64,000 nt of DNA from Candidatus Heimdallarchaeum endolithica (GTDB lineage Archaea; Asgardarchaeota; Heimdallarchaeia; Heimdallarchaeales; Heimdallarchaeaceae). Where the stretch lies: the NCBI GenBank assembly GCA_021513715.1, contig CP084167.1, positions 1,216,001 through 1,280,000 on the forward strand, in the 5' to 3' direction. Every line of letters begins with the position of its first letter. Positions within the stretch are counted from its first letter, which is position 1. The translations under genes and the position numbers were made by a program. Positions 27,168 to 39,086 of this stretch are shown piece by piece. The notes beneath the pieces are model-generated. The model saw only the letters and a program-made list of their open reading frames with translations, made no database searches and had not been told where the DNA came from.

Positions 27168-30100
27168 GTTGCAATTAGGATCTCAGAATAGTGAGAATTG
27201 AAATCCTTCTTCGACATATGTTTAGCAAATATTTTGTCCAATAATGTTGCAATTAGGATCTCAGAATAGTGAGAATTGAAATTAGGTTCAAACATAGTAA
27301 CAGGAGTGGAAAGTTCGTTCAAGGTTGCAATTAGGATCTCAGAATAGTGAGAATTGAAATCATATTGTTCAATATCTTCTTTCAAAACAGATTTAGAAGA
27401 AAGTTGCAATTAGGATCTCAGAATAGTGAGAATTGAAATTCAGTTCTGACTAGAACTTTTAGATTTTGCATTTTTAATGTTGCAATTAGGATCTCAGAAT
27501 AGTGAGAATTGAAATTTTTCAGTAAGTCCAAGTATTGAAGCAAAATCATTGAATTCGTTGCAATTAGGATCTCAGAATAGTGAGAATTGAAATTTCTACA
27601 TTTCATGTCGATGGGTTTTTGTCCTGGTATGTGTTGCAATTAGGATCTCAGAATAGTGAGAATTGAAATTAAGTTTTCACTCCGAACTCATCAATATAAC
27701 CTGTTCTGAAGTTGCAATTAGGATCTCAGAATAGTGAGAATTGAAATAAGGCTGTAGAAACAACTTGTTCTCCCATGCCGCTTTTTTGAGGTTGCAATTA
27801 GGATCTCAGAATAGTGAGAATTGAAATAAGTCTAGAAAATAGACTTACTTTACTTTTTTTTTAATTTAGGGTTGCAATTAGGATCTCAGAATAGTGAGAA
27901 TTGAAATTTGTTTGTGTTTAGGGTGCTCTCGCTTAAATAGAATTCCATGTTGCAATTAGGATCTCAGAATAGTGAGAATTGAAATTAAGAAAATGTCAGG
28001 GTCGTGATAAATGTCTTCAGCATAGTTGTTGCAATTAGGATCTCAGAATAGTGAGAATTGAAATAATGAACCTTTATCTAAACTTCCCATTTTTAACCAC
28101 TCCTGTTGCAATTAGGATCTCAGAATAGTGAGAATTGAAATTTAGATTTGACAAAAGGTCGAAGTAGAAACCATTTCTCAGGTGTTGCAATTAGGATCTC
28201 AGAATAGTGAGAATTGAAATTTCTTTTTTCTTTATTTGTGTAAAAATGTTTTTGTAGAGGGTGTGTTGCAATTAGGATCTCAGAATAGTGAGAATTGAAA
28301 TTGAAAAGAAAAAATGTGTAAAAAGAAAAATAATAAAAAAGTTGCAATTAGGATCTCAGAATAGTGAGAATTGAAATCATTCTGTGGGTTTCCTTTCAGA
28401 AATTTGCTCAATAGAGCGTTGCAATTAGGATCTCAGAATAGTGAGAATTGAAATTAATTATATTCTTCTACATTTATTGCAGGAAATGAAGTGTGTTGCA
28501 ATTAGGATCTCAGAATAGTGAGAATTGAAATTCTTTTGTTCCGTTTTTTTCTCTTCTATTTCTTCTTGTGTTGCAATTAGGATCTCAGAATAGTGAGAAT
28601 TGAAATTCTGAAAGTTCAAAATTCTTTTTATAAACTTTTAATAAGTTGTTGCAATTAGGATCTCAGAATAGTGAGAATTGAAATACCATTTTTTCTTTTC
28701 TTCGAACTGTTGCACATTTCCAGGTTGCAATTAGGATCTCAGAATAGTGAGAATTGAAATTTTATGATGTAAATGATGAACTTACTGAAGATTATATTGA
28801 AGTTGCAATTAGGATCTCAGAATAGTGAGAATTGAAATATATCATTATCGTAACCGTTTATTTCTGTATCGATAATATGTTGCAATTAGGATCTCAGAAT
28901 AGTGAGAATTGAAATCAAGCGGAAGCATACCCGCTTACCTTTTTAACAGATACGCTTGTTGCAATTAGGATCTCAGAATAGTGAGAATTGAAATCTAACG
29001 TTACCAAAAAATTAAGACAAAAGGCGGTAGAATATGTTGCAATTAGGATCTCAGAATAGTGAGAATTGAAATTCTAATTTAACTAATTTGCCTTTTACGA
29101 TCTTTTCACCCGGTTGCAATTAGGATCTCAGAATAGTGAGAATTGAAATGATAATTTATTTATTTCTTTCCATCTTTCTAATTCTTCCATGTTGCAATTA
29201 GGATCTCAGAATAGTGAGAATTGAAATTATTCTATACCTCTTAAGTATATTATTTCGTCGTCAGAAGTTGCAATTAGGATCTCAGAATAGTGAGAATTGA
29301 AATACAAATATACGTGTTTCTATCATTGATACATTTTTATCTGTTGCAATTAGGATCTCAGAATAGTGAGAATTGAAATTTTAGTATTGACATAGATGGT
29401 AATACAATAATAGATTTAGCGTTGCAATTAGGATCTCAGAATAGTGAGAATTGAAATAAAATTACTATAATACTATCATTTACTATCATTTACTAGTTGC
29501 AATTAGGATCTCAGAATAGTGAGAATTGAAATTGGTAGGATAGTCCTTTTTAGTCATGAAGTAGATGTAGTGTTGCAATTAGGATCTCAGAATAGTGAGA
29601 ATTGAAATGCATTTTTTATAAGTTTTTTGGCTAACTTTTTTCTTGTGTGTTGCAATTAGGATCTCAGAATAGTGAGAATTGAAATACTGTTTTCAAGAAA
29701 TCAAAGCCTTACTTACAGCGATGCAAAGTTGCAATTAGGATCTCAGAATAGTGAGAATTGAAATTTTTTCCTCTAAATCCGTATTCTACTCCTCTAATGT
29801 AAATGTTGCAATTAGGATCTCAGAATAGTGAGAATTGAAATACTCTCTTGAATGGTCAATATAGATATGTTCTTCGTGGTAGGATGTTGCAATTAGGATC
29901 TCAGAATAGTGAGAATTGAAATTATACGCTGGAACGCTGGACATTATTTCTATTTTGAGAGACCAGGTTGCAATTAGGATCTCAGAATAGTGAGAATTGA
30001 AATATTATTTTCTTAAACGCTTCTTCTATCTTTCTTATATTATTGTTGCAATTAGGATCTCAGAATAGTGAGAATTGAAATACAATCAATGTATCAGTAT

Positions 30101-33100
30101 CCTCGTTTGCTACTGCTTGTTGCAATTAGGATCTCAGAATAGTGAGAATTGAAATTCTGTTTTCAAAAATTGTATTATATCGCTTTCAGTAGCATGTTGC
30201 AATTAGGATCTCAGAATAGTGAGAATTGAAATAATGTCAGAAACGTGTATAAAACCTTTCTTAAATTCTCTTGTTGCAATTAGGATCTCAGAATAGTGAG
30301 AATTGAAATCTCCTGATAGATTGATTGTTTATTCAAATTGCATTTATTGACTGTTGCAATTAGGATCTCAGAATAGTGAGAATTGAAATTAAGTTAAACC
30401 GTTACTGGATACTCTAGACCAACCAGAACGTTGCAATTAGGATCTCAGAATAGTGAGAATTGAAATCAACTAGGGCAACTGAAAAACCAGTTTATGCCAC
30501 GTATTGTTGCAATTAGGATCTCAGAATAGTGAGAATTGAAATTTATGCTTACTGTAATAGTTATTTTAGTTTATGCTTTTAGAAGTTGCAATTAGGATCT
30601 CAGAATAGTGAGAATTGAAATTAATTCTCGTCTGTTTGCTATACGCATAACCTTGCTTTGTGTTGCAATTAGGATCTCAGAATAGTGAGAATTGAAATAT
30701 AACTAAAAGATTATTTATTAATTCTGTTACGTTACTTTGTTGCAATTAGGATCTCAGAATAGTGAGAATTGAAATAAACCCCTCTGTATCTTCTATAAAA
30801 TCGCAACGATCACCTGTTGCAATTAGGATCTCAGAATAGTGAGAATTGAAATAAAGGAAAATGGATAAGAGTAATGGATAATAACTTTTTTGCTGTTGCA
30901 ATTAGGATCTCAGAATAGTGAGAATTGAAATAACAAAGACAATTTTTACCGAACTGATTAGTTACATGGTTGTTGCAATTAGGATCTCAGAATAGTGAGA
31001 ATTGAAATTCTGTTATTGTCCATCTTTTTGTTTCTTTATCATAATTATAAGTTGCAATTAGGATCTCAGAATAGTGAGAATTGAAATTTTGCATAAAATC
31101 GGCCTTGCAGACAATAAGATCGATGTGTTGCAATTAGGATCTCAGAATAGTGAGAATTGAAATCAAGACCCTGTTTTCAGCATAGACTTGCGATTCCTCT
31201 AAGTTGCAATTAGGATCTCAGAATAGTGAGAATTGAAATAGGTTGCCAGGGGTAATATCATGACTGGAAGGGCTCATAATGTTGCAATTAGGATCTCAGA
31301 ATAGTGAGAATTGAAATTCAGAAAAAAACAATACAATTTGGAAACTATCAGAACTTAAGTTGCAATTAGGATCTCAGAATAGTGAGAATTGAAATTGAAT
31401 CTATAAACGTTTCTTCATCTTTTATTTTTATCTCTTGTTGCAATTAGGATCTCAGAATAGTGAGAATTGAAATAATTGTTGTTGTCTCTCGTTCGGCTTC
31501 ATGGGATTTAGACTGTTGCAATTAGGATCTCAGAATAGTGAGAATTGAAATTTAATTCGTTTAAGGGTGAGTAAATGAATAAATTTGAAAAAGTTGCAAT
31601 TAGGATCTCAGAATAGTGAGAATTGAAATTACATCAAAGTTCGTGAGTTAGATTCTTGTGTAACTCGTGTGTTGCAATTAGGATCTCAGAATAGTGAGAA
31701 TTGAAATGCACCTAAAACGTAATAAAGTTGCATGTTGCTGAATGAAAGTTGCAATTAGGATCTCAGAATAGTGAGAATTGAAATAACAGAAATAAACGAA
31801 TTTATACTTTCATTAGATTACAAAGTTGCAATTAGGATCTCAGAATAGTGAGAATTGAAATATAACCGCAACCACATTTTACCTTTTTTTTAATTAAGTA
31901 AGCAAGTTGCAATTAGGATCTCAGAATAGTGAGAATTGAAATTAAACGTTCTGTAATCACGTGGGTGATACCTAGAACTTTGTTGCAATTAGGATCTCAG
32001 AATAGTGAGAATTGAAATTTCACTTTTAGGATACAAAACAGTAAAAAAGTCGCATATGTTGCAATTAGGATCTCAGAATAGTGAGAATTGAAATTAAGCT
32101 TCTGAAAAATAGTGTTCAAAGTTTAGTCCTGGATTGGAGTTGCAATTAGGATCTCAGAATAGTGAGAATTGAAATCCTTTAAGAAAAAAAATTAGAGGTT
32201 AGCGGTAAAAGCACCAGTTGAAATTAGGATCTCAGAATAGTGAGAATTGAAATGAAAAAACAGACAAATTAATCCAAAGATACTTTTCTTTAGTTGCAAT
32301 TAGGATCTCAGAATAGTGAGAATTGAAATTATCTGATAGTTGTATTCCTTCTTTTCTTTCTTTTTCATTGTTGCAATTAGGATCTCAGAATAGTGAGAAT
32401 TGAAATATTAGTTCTCAAATAAGTAACTTTCAAACAAACATTACTAGTTGCAATTAGGATCTCAGAATAGTGAGAATTGAAATTTTAGCATCAGCATTCA
32501 CCTCGAACGTTTTTCAAAATAGCTGTTGCAATTAGGATCTCAGAATAGTGAGAATTGAAATTTGTGCTTGACTCAGAGCCTACTATGGCACTGTATAAGA
32601 AGTTGCAATTAGGATCTCAGAATAGTGAGAATTGAAATAATAGAAGAAAAGAATAATTGAATAAAAGATTATTTAAGCAGTTGCAATTAGGATCTCAGAA
32701 TAGTGAGAATTGAAATCCAACCCCTCCATTCCATGGATAAATTGTCTTTTCATTCGGGTTGCAATTAGGATCTCAGAATAGTGAGAATTGAAATTCTTCG
32801 TCCAATCTTTTGCTTATTTTTGCTATTCTAAATGTTGCAATTAGGATCTCAGAATAGTGAGAATTGAAATTATGCTTTTGAGCGATGAATTTTACTGTTC
32901 GTTTATAGATGGGTTGCAATTAGGATCTCAGAATAGTGAGAATTGAAATTCTACAGAGCGACCTTCCTTAAATTTCACCTTGAAGTTTTGTTGCAATTAG
33001 GATCTCAGAATAGTGAGAATTGAAATTTGCTCAAAAATACCCAGGATTGTTAGATAAATACAAAAAAGTTGCAATTAGGATCTCAGAATAGTGAGAATTA

Positions 33101-33104
33101 AAAT
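27168..33104 (+). CRISPR. CRISPR array, about 77 repeats / 76 spacers, 37-bp repeat GTTGCAATTAGGATCTCAGAATAGTGAGAATTGAAAT
   Basis: Manual count of about 77 copies with period about 78 bp (spacers about 37-44 nt); variants at 32217 (GTTGAAATT) and terminal 33068 (ATTAAAAT). The ATTGAAAT 3' end gives + orientation. Confidence 0.99.
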
Positions 33105-33209
33105 ATAAGAACCATAAGTAGAATATTATCAAATTATCTATTTTTGTTCTATTTTTCACTATAAACTTATAGATGATTATTTTCTCAATTTTTCAATTTT
33201 ACTATTATT

Positions 33210-33638
33210 TTAGGTTAATTCTCTTTCTCTTATCTCAATTTCTACTTCTTTTTCTGGACCTTTTAATAAAATATAAAGTGGTTCAAGGAATTTTCTACCT
33301 ATTAGTACTTCTTTACAAGAAATATGTGAATCTATTGTAACAATAAACGAGATATTAAAACCTTTAATATATACCGAACCACTTGCTGATTTTAAAGTAA
33401 TTTTATCTCCTGAAATTGTCTCTCCTAAACAAAAAGAATCTTCATCAAACTCGTAACTTTTAAGTTCTAATTTTTCATATATATTTTCTGGAACAATTAA
33501 GTCTCCCTCATATCCAGTATCTATCAACCCTAAAACTTGAACTGAATTTTTTTCTAAGGGGTCACATATTTTAATTGGAATATAGGGGCCTTCCATTGTG
33601 GTTAAGGAAGATATTTGATATTTGAAAGATTTTTTCAT
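33210..33638 (-). CDS. Clan AA (retropepsin-like) aspartic protease
   Basis: GLIDTGYEGDLIVP catalytic DTG and VLIGRKFL motif. Confidence 0.85.
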   Translation of the reverse strand: MKKSFKYQISSLTTMEGPYIPIKICDPLEKNSVQVLGLIDTGYEGDLIVPENIYEKLELKSYEFDEDSFCLGETISGDKITLKSASGSVYIKGFNISFIVTIDSHISCKEVLIGRKFLEPLYILLKGPEKEVEIEIRERELT

Positions 33639-34018
33639 TATTCTTTTCTCCTATATCTGATAGAAACTTTCCTCCGTAGTGGTTTAACAGGTGTAACTAT
33701 GTTGCATTTTCCTTCAAGATTATTCTCTCTTATTGCCTTAATAGCTCTTTCTCTATCTGTATAAATACCTATCAACTTTCCTGATGATATTACAACCCAC
33801 TCATTTTCATGTTCCTTAATTAATTCTGCCCTTATTCTTCTTAATGTTGCATTATTTAGCGCTCTTTCCTTATCTTCTTCTGTTTGAGGTGAATCTTCAT
33901 TTATCCATTTTATCATTGCTTCTTCAAAAGCTTCACTAAGTTTCAAACCTTTCATCGCTGCTTTTGCTTTAAAACGTGCATAAAGTTCTTTTTTTACATT
34001 TTTAATTAGAACAGACAT
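33638..34018 (-). CDS. Ribbon-helix-helix plus DUF5678-like protein
   Basis: N-terminal VLIKNVKKELYARFKAKAAMKGLKLSEAFEEAMIKW (RHH-like); C-terminal EHENEWVVISSGKLIG; 1-nt stop/start overlap with the protease. Confidence 0.7.
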   Translation of the reverse strand: MSVLIKNVKKELYARFKAKAAMKGLKLSEAFEEAMIKWINEDSPQTEEDKERALNNATLRRIRAELIKEHENEWVVISSGKLIGIYTDRERAIKAIRENNLEGKCNIVTPVKPLRRKVSIRYRRKE

Positions 34019-34206
34019 TTCTGAGTTTAACTAGTTTAACTTACTTAATAAATTTTATCAAATTATTCATTTATTTAATAGATTATAAAAAAAGTTTTTC
34101 ATACATTTTTAGAATAAATTCTTGTTAAACTTTTCCTTGACCTATTTTAATAGTATTATCAAAACTTCATGATTTACTTTTATATCTTTCTACTAACCTT
34201 GAGGGG

Positions 34207-34480
34207 TGTAGTGTCTAGTTTTTATAGCACCCCCTGGGCAAAAAGGAACTAAGGAGAGGGTGTCTCAAGCTTTGATAATTATAAACGAAGTTATTGTGAA
34301 CACAAAGAGGGCATTCTACTGTCCTTAAACCATTCTTCAAACCGATACATTCCTAAATAACTTTTATTATTATCATTTTGGGGACTCTGCTCTTTTTAAA
34401 AGGAGCAGATAATTTTTGGAATTTTATATCGTACTAGAGTCTCCACAAATATTTTTGTCGGAATAAACCTAGACACTACT
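34207..34480. mobile_element. MITE / IS remnant with IS6-like terminal inverted repeats
   Basis: TGTAGTGTCTAGTTTTTAT at the left end, ATAAACCTAGACACTACT at the right end; no transposase; internal hairpin TCTGCTC..GAGCAGA. Confidence 0.7.
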
Positions 34481-34602
34481 AATCTTGGTAGTAATAAAGT
34501 AAAGAAGAAAACTAGATTTTGTTATCTATATAAAATATATAGTCTATTTATCACACAATACCACCCTTATTTCCTATTTATAGCCTATTAGAATATCATC
34601 AA

Positions 34603-35646
34603 ATGTCTTATAGATTATATAAAATCTATTTACTTTCGATGCTAATGAATAAACGACAAATTATTCTAAACACAATATCCATAGCTTTTTTAGCTATGAT
34701 TATTAGCTCTTCCGTAATAGGGAGTAAAGAGAACACTTTAGTCATCCAAGGATCGAATACTGTATTTCCTATCGCCAATCTTGCAGCTGCAAGATTCCAA
34801 GAGTGTAATCCAGGAATTACTGTCACAGTTGGAGGTGAAGGCTCAGGCGCAGGTATTGCTGACTTGATTGATGGAAAAGCTGATGTTGCAACTGCATCCA
34901 GATTTCCAAAACAGTCTGAAATAGACGAAGCTAATAATACAGATGTAGAACTAATCGTTCATACTATTGCTAAAGATGGAATCGCAATTATTGTAAATCC
35001 TAATAATCCTTTAAGCGAACTTTCTTTTGAACAAATCTCAAAGATTTATAATGGGACATACACTCATTGGAGCAATCTTAACTTAACTGTTGCTGTTGAT
35101 CCTATCCGGGTATTAGAACGAGATGAATCATCAGGCACTCATGACTACTTCAATGAAGAATTCCTTAATGGAGAGGAAGTTAATCCTAATACTGTTTCTG
35201 ATTATGCCCAATATCAATCCACCAGCCAACTATTTGCAGATGTAGCTGAAAATGTAAATGCGATAGGATATGGAGGGTTAGCTTATGTTGATGAGACTGT
35301 TAAAGCGGTTGCTGTTAAAAAAGAAGAAGGAGACACTGCAGTAACCCCTACGATTGCCACAGTTAGTGATGCTTCTTATCCAATTAGTCGCCCTCTTTAC
35401 ATGATAACTAATGGCGAACCTGAAGAAGGAGATCTCCGAAAATACTGGTTAGATTTCATTCTCTCTGTAGAAGGTCAGTCAATTGTTCTATATGTTGGTT
35501 ATATTCCCATAGGCAATTATTTAGAAAATTATGACCCAACTAATCCTCCTGAATGCAAAGTAATTGTTGAGGGGACTCCATTTGGTTTTATTACAGTGCC
35601 AATTAGTATTGCTATATTTGCACTAGCTTTAAGAAGAAGGAATTAG
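34603..35646 (+). CDS. pstS: Phosphate ABC transporter substrate-binding protein
   Basis: GSNTVFP, GSGAGI, ASR, SSGTHDYF, NAIGY, YPISRPLY; C-terminal TPFGF-TM-RRRN anchor. Likely start ATG at 34639 or 34645. Confidence 0.95.
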   Translation: MSYRLYKIYLLSMLMNKRQIILNTISIAFLAMIISSSVIGSKENTLVIQGSNTVFPIANLAAARFQECNPGITVTVGGEGSGAGIADLIDGKADVATASRFPKQSEIDEANNTDVELIVHTIAKDGIAIIVNPNNPLSELSFEQISKIYNGTYTHWSNLNLTVAVDPIRVLERDESSGTHDYFNEEFLNGEEVNPNTVSDYAQYQSTSQLFADVAENVNAIGYGGLAYVDETVKAVAVKKEEGDTAVTPTIATVSDASYPISRPLYMITNGEPEEGDLRKYWLDFILSVEGQSIVLYVGYIPIGNYLENYDPTNPPECKVIVEGTPFGFITVPISIAIFALALRRRN

Positions 35647-35707
35647 AATATTCTTTTTTATTTTTTTCTTTAAGATAATGATTTTCAACTACTTGGAGGA
35701 ATAATAA

Positions 35708-38209
35708 ATGAACACAACATTGATGACAAAAGATACCAGTAGCGAAAGTAAAAGGTTAGAAAGTTTAACGAAATTACTTTCCAATAATACAATCGGATCA
35801 ACTTTCTATGTAAGAAAAACATTAGATTCTTCTATTAAAGTTGTTCTTGCCATAATGACAGTTTCCGCAAGTTTATTAACTATTTTTATCTCACTCTATT
35901 TGTTTATCGAAGCCTTACCTGTTATGGGGAGTATAAAAATTTGGTCAATATTCTTAGAAATAATCATATTCATCTTAACAAGTTTTATTGCTTTATGGAC
36001 ATTTTTTAATAAGTCTACTTTCAGTCAAAAGTTCAGAAAACAGACAATAAGGAATCTGGCGATAATTGTTGAAATGTTAGGTGTATTTCTAATAGTTACA
36101 CTCCTCATTGATTACACAACTAGCAAAGATATACTATCTTTAGTTTCTGTAACAATTACTATAATTTTTGAATTTGGGATACTTATTCTTCTTATCCACT
36201 TATTTAACTCTAAAACTAAGAAAATTAATCAAAAATATATGAAACCATTTGCTTTTCTTTTGATCTTTTTGGTATTGTCAATTTTCATATTCGAAATTAT
36301 TGAAGTTATACCTGAAATATACACATTAAGTGAGATTAAGCAATTACTCTTTGGGCAAACATGGAATCCAAAAAAAGAAAATTTCGGAGCTTTTAATCTT
36401 TTCATGGGTTCAATGATTGTAACATTTTATGCAATAATCATTGTTATTCCTTTTGGATTAAGTATAGGGATTTTTATGGCTGAATTTGTTCCTGAAAATT
36501 TGTATAAACACCTTAAATCTAGTATTGAATTAATCTCTGCTATCCCATCAGTCATTATGGGACTTATATCGTTCAGATATTTTGCTAAACTGATTAAAAG
36601 CATATTTTTCGCTTTAGGAGTAGAACAGCAATACAGTGTAGGAAATATTGCACTAACAGCATCAATTACTCTTGCTTTTATGACAGTTCCAATGATTGCA
36701 AGTTTAACCGATGATGCGTTAAGGTCTGTCCCTAAAGAACTAAAGAAATCAGCCCTAGCTCTTGGTAGTAGCCATTGGGAAGTTATTGCAAGAGTTTCCA
36801 TTCCCTATAATAGATCCTCAATATCATCAGCTATTATTCTAGCTTTCGGTAGAATTTTTGGCGAGACCATGGTTGTTCTCATGGTAGCAGGTTCAAATCC
36901 TGCGTTATCTAAAGGATTGCTTAATCCCCTTCAAGGGATATATGCATTACCAGCAGCTATTGCATTAGAAGTAAGTGATGTTGTTGTTGATGATCCACAA
37001 TGGCATGCCTTATTTTATTTAGGTCTGGAACTATTAACTATTTCTTTCGTAATTACAGTTCTTGGACGTAGAATAGCTAGCGGAAAACTTACCTTTACAT
37101 CTGTAAAAAAATTATTTAAAAAAGGTTGTTCTTATCTCTGGAATAGATTATCAAAGAGAAAAGAGGAAGAAATCAAATACTCTGAAAATAATAACTTTGC
37201 ACGTTTTACTAAAGATAAATTTATGCATCCAAAGAACAAATATTTTCAATCTAGACCTACTAGTCCATCTGAAGAACAATTAAATACTGAATATTTTGAG
37301 ACGCTTATGTGTACAAATAGTTCTATTTTGTCGAAGTACAAGATAAGGAAACAAAGAATATATACTGGAATATTTACACTCTTAACTTTTATCGTTTTAG
37401 GAGTATTAGGGTTAGTATTTTTCTCTGTTGGAATAGATGGATTCAGAAATATAGATTTTCAAGACATTATTCCAGGAAAACCTAGTTTTAGTCGAATGGT
37501 TCAAGGACATTATGGTTACCTCACGTCCACAATAGGCTCAATTTTGGTTGTTGGTACAGCTGCTTTAATTGGTCTGCCCATATCAACTGCAGCAGGAATT
37601 TATCTTACCTTCTATCTTAAACCTACAAATAAATTAGGACAAATGATTAAGAATGGCATTCAGAACATTGCTTCAGTTCCGAGTGTCGTTGTAGGCCTAT
37701 TTGGTTGGGGTATCTTTGTCAGCACCTTTGGTTGGGGGAAAAGTGTACTTTCAGGAGGTTTTACTTTGATGATTATGATGGTACCTATTGTAACATCAAC
37801 AACAATAGAAGCACTAAATCAAGTACCAAATGATTTCCGTCAAGGATCTTTAGCTTTAGGTTCTACAAAATGGGAAAGTATAAAGGAACATAATTTAAGA
37901 TATGCTTTCCCATCAATTATCACTGGGTACTTATTCTCCATTTCAAGAGTAATTGGAGAAACAGCACCTATCATTCTAACAGCTGCAGCTGCCAGATATG
38001 CTCCCACCTACTTTCCCTCAGGTTTAACTAATTCTGCTGTTGCTATGTTGCCTTTTGACATCTATGAATTTGGACTTTATACAGACGTTATCTACCCCAA
38101 CAGTTTTAGCTGGGCGATGACATGTGCATTAATTCTATTAGTTATAGCTCTTGGATTGTTCGTTTTTGGACAAATCTTACGCTCTAAGTTGCAAGTAAAA
38201 TATGATTAA
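35708..38209 (+). CDS. Fused phosphate ABC permease PstC-PstA
   Basis: Two complete permease modules in one 833-aa ORF: IELISAIPSVIMGL...ALALG...RIFGETM (PstC) and ASVPSVVVGLFG...SLALG...RVIGETAP (PstA). Confidence 0.9.
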   Translation: MNTTLMTKDTSSESKRLESLTKLLSNNTIGSTFYVRKTLDSSIKVVLAIMTVSASLLTIFISLYLFIEALPVMGSIKIWSIFLEIIIFILTSFIALWTFFNKSTFSQKFRKQTIRNLAIIVEMLGVFLIVTLLIDYTTSKDILSLVSVTITIIFEFGILILLIHLFNSKTKKINQKYMKPFAFLLIFLVLSIFIFEIIEVIPEIYTLSEIKQLLFGQTWNPKKENFGAFNLFMGSMIVTFYAIIIVIPFGLSIGIFMAEFVPENLYKHLKSSIELISAIPSVIMGLISFRYFAKLIKSIFFALGVEQQYSVGNIALTASITLAFMTVPMIASLTDDALRSVPKELKKSALALGSSHWEVIARVSIPYNRSSISSAIILAFGRIFGETMVVLMVAGSNPALSKGLLNPLQGIYALPAAIALEVSDVVVDDPQWHALFYLGLELLTISFVITVLGRRIASGKLTFTSVKKLFKKGCSYLWNRLSKRKEEEIKYSENNNFARFTKDKFMHPKNKYFQSRPTSPSEEQLNTEYFETLMCTNSSILSKYKIRKQRIYTGIFTLLTFIVLGVLGLVFFSVGIDGFRNIDFQDIIPGKPSFSRMVQGHYGYLTSTIGSILVVGTAALIGLPISTAAGIYLTFYLKPTNKLGQMIKNGIQNIASVPSVVVGLFGWGIFVSTFGWGKSVLSGGFTLMIMMVPIVTSTTIEALNQVPNDFRQGSLALGSTKWESIKEHNLRYAFPSIITGYLFSISRVIGETAPIILTAAAARYAPTYFPSGLTNSAVAMLPFDIYEFGLYTDVIYPNSFSWAMTCALILLVIALGLFVFGQILRSKLQVKYD

Positions 38210-38229
38210 AGGAGATGTGAGTAATTTAA

Positions 38230-39066
38230 ATGAAAACTACGAATAATATACTAAAAAATAAGTTCAGAACAAAAAGAACGACTGAAAGGAAACATAAATT
38301 TAATTTATCCCTAAAAATAGCTGTTAGTGTCAGAAATTTCAGTTTCTTCTACAGTGAACACCAAGCTGTGAAAAATGTTACTTTAGATATACCAAAAAAT
38401 AAAATTACAGCTATAATAGGACCATCAGGTTGTGGAAAATCAACATTCTTACGCTCTTTCAATCGCATGAATGATGAAATCGTAGGATACAAGTATAGTG
38501 GAGAAATTATTATTGATAATCAAAACATATTAGATCCTGTGATAGATCTAATAACTTTAAGATCTAAAGTGGGTATGGTTTTCCAGAAGCCCACTCCATT
38601 TCCCCAATCTATTTGGAAGAATATTGCTTATGGTCCAATGATAAGGGGAATAAAGAATAAAGGTCAATTAAATCAAATAGTGGAATTTTCTTTAAAACGT
38701 GCAGGTTTATGGAAAGAAGTGAATGAAAGGTTAGATGATAAAGCTTCACAACTCTCTGGAGGACAACAGCAACGTCTATGCATTGCTCGGGCACTTGCTG
38801 TTTGGCCAGAGATCATTCTTTTTGACGAACCTTGTGCTTCATTGGATCCAATTTCTACATCTGTCATAGAGGATCTACTTTTAGATCTAGCTAAGGACTA
38901 TACTGTTATTATCGCTACTCATTCAATGCATCAAGCAGCAAGAATAAGCAACATGACTGCTTTCATGTATTTAGGTGAATTAATAGAATATGATAAAACA
39001 GAAAAAATATTCGAAAATCCGGCAAAAGAATTAACAGAACAATATATTACGGGAAGATTTGGGTAA
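38230..39066 (+). CDS. pstB: Phosphate ABC transporter ATP-binding protein
   Basis: [49 protein letters not shown]. Confidence 0.97.
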   Translation: MKTTNNILKNKFRTKRTTERKHKFNLSLKIAVSVRNFSFFYSEHQAVKNVTLDIPKNKITAIIGPSGCGKSTFLRSFNRMNDEIVGYKYSGEIIIDNQNILDPVIDLITLRSKVGMVFQKPTPFPQSIWKNIAYGPMIRGIKNKGQLNQIVEFSLKRAGLWKEVNERLDDKASQLSGGQQQRLCIARALAVWPEIILFDEPCASLDPISTSVIEDLLLDLAKDYTVIIATHSMHQAARISNMTAFMYLGELIEYDKTEKIFENPAKELTEQYITGRFG

Positions 39067-39086
39067 AAAAGCATGGATGTGAAAAA

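Noticed and set aside
27080-28347. Minus-strand ORFs 27080-27409, 27418-27639 and 28120-28347
   Set aside because: They are translations of CRISPR repeats (FNSHYSEILIAT) and spacers, not genes.
27168-33104. Self-targeting spacers within the window
   Set aside because: Only short AT-rich chance matches were seen by eye; a computed alignment is needed to exclude them fully.
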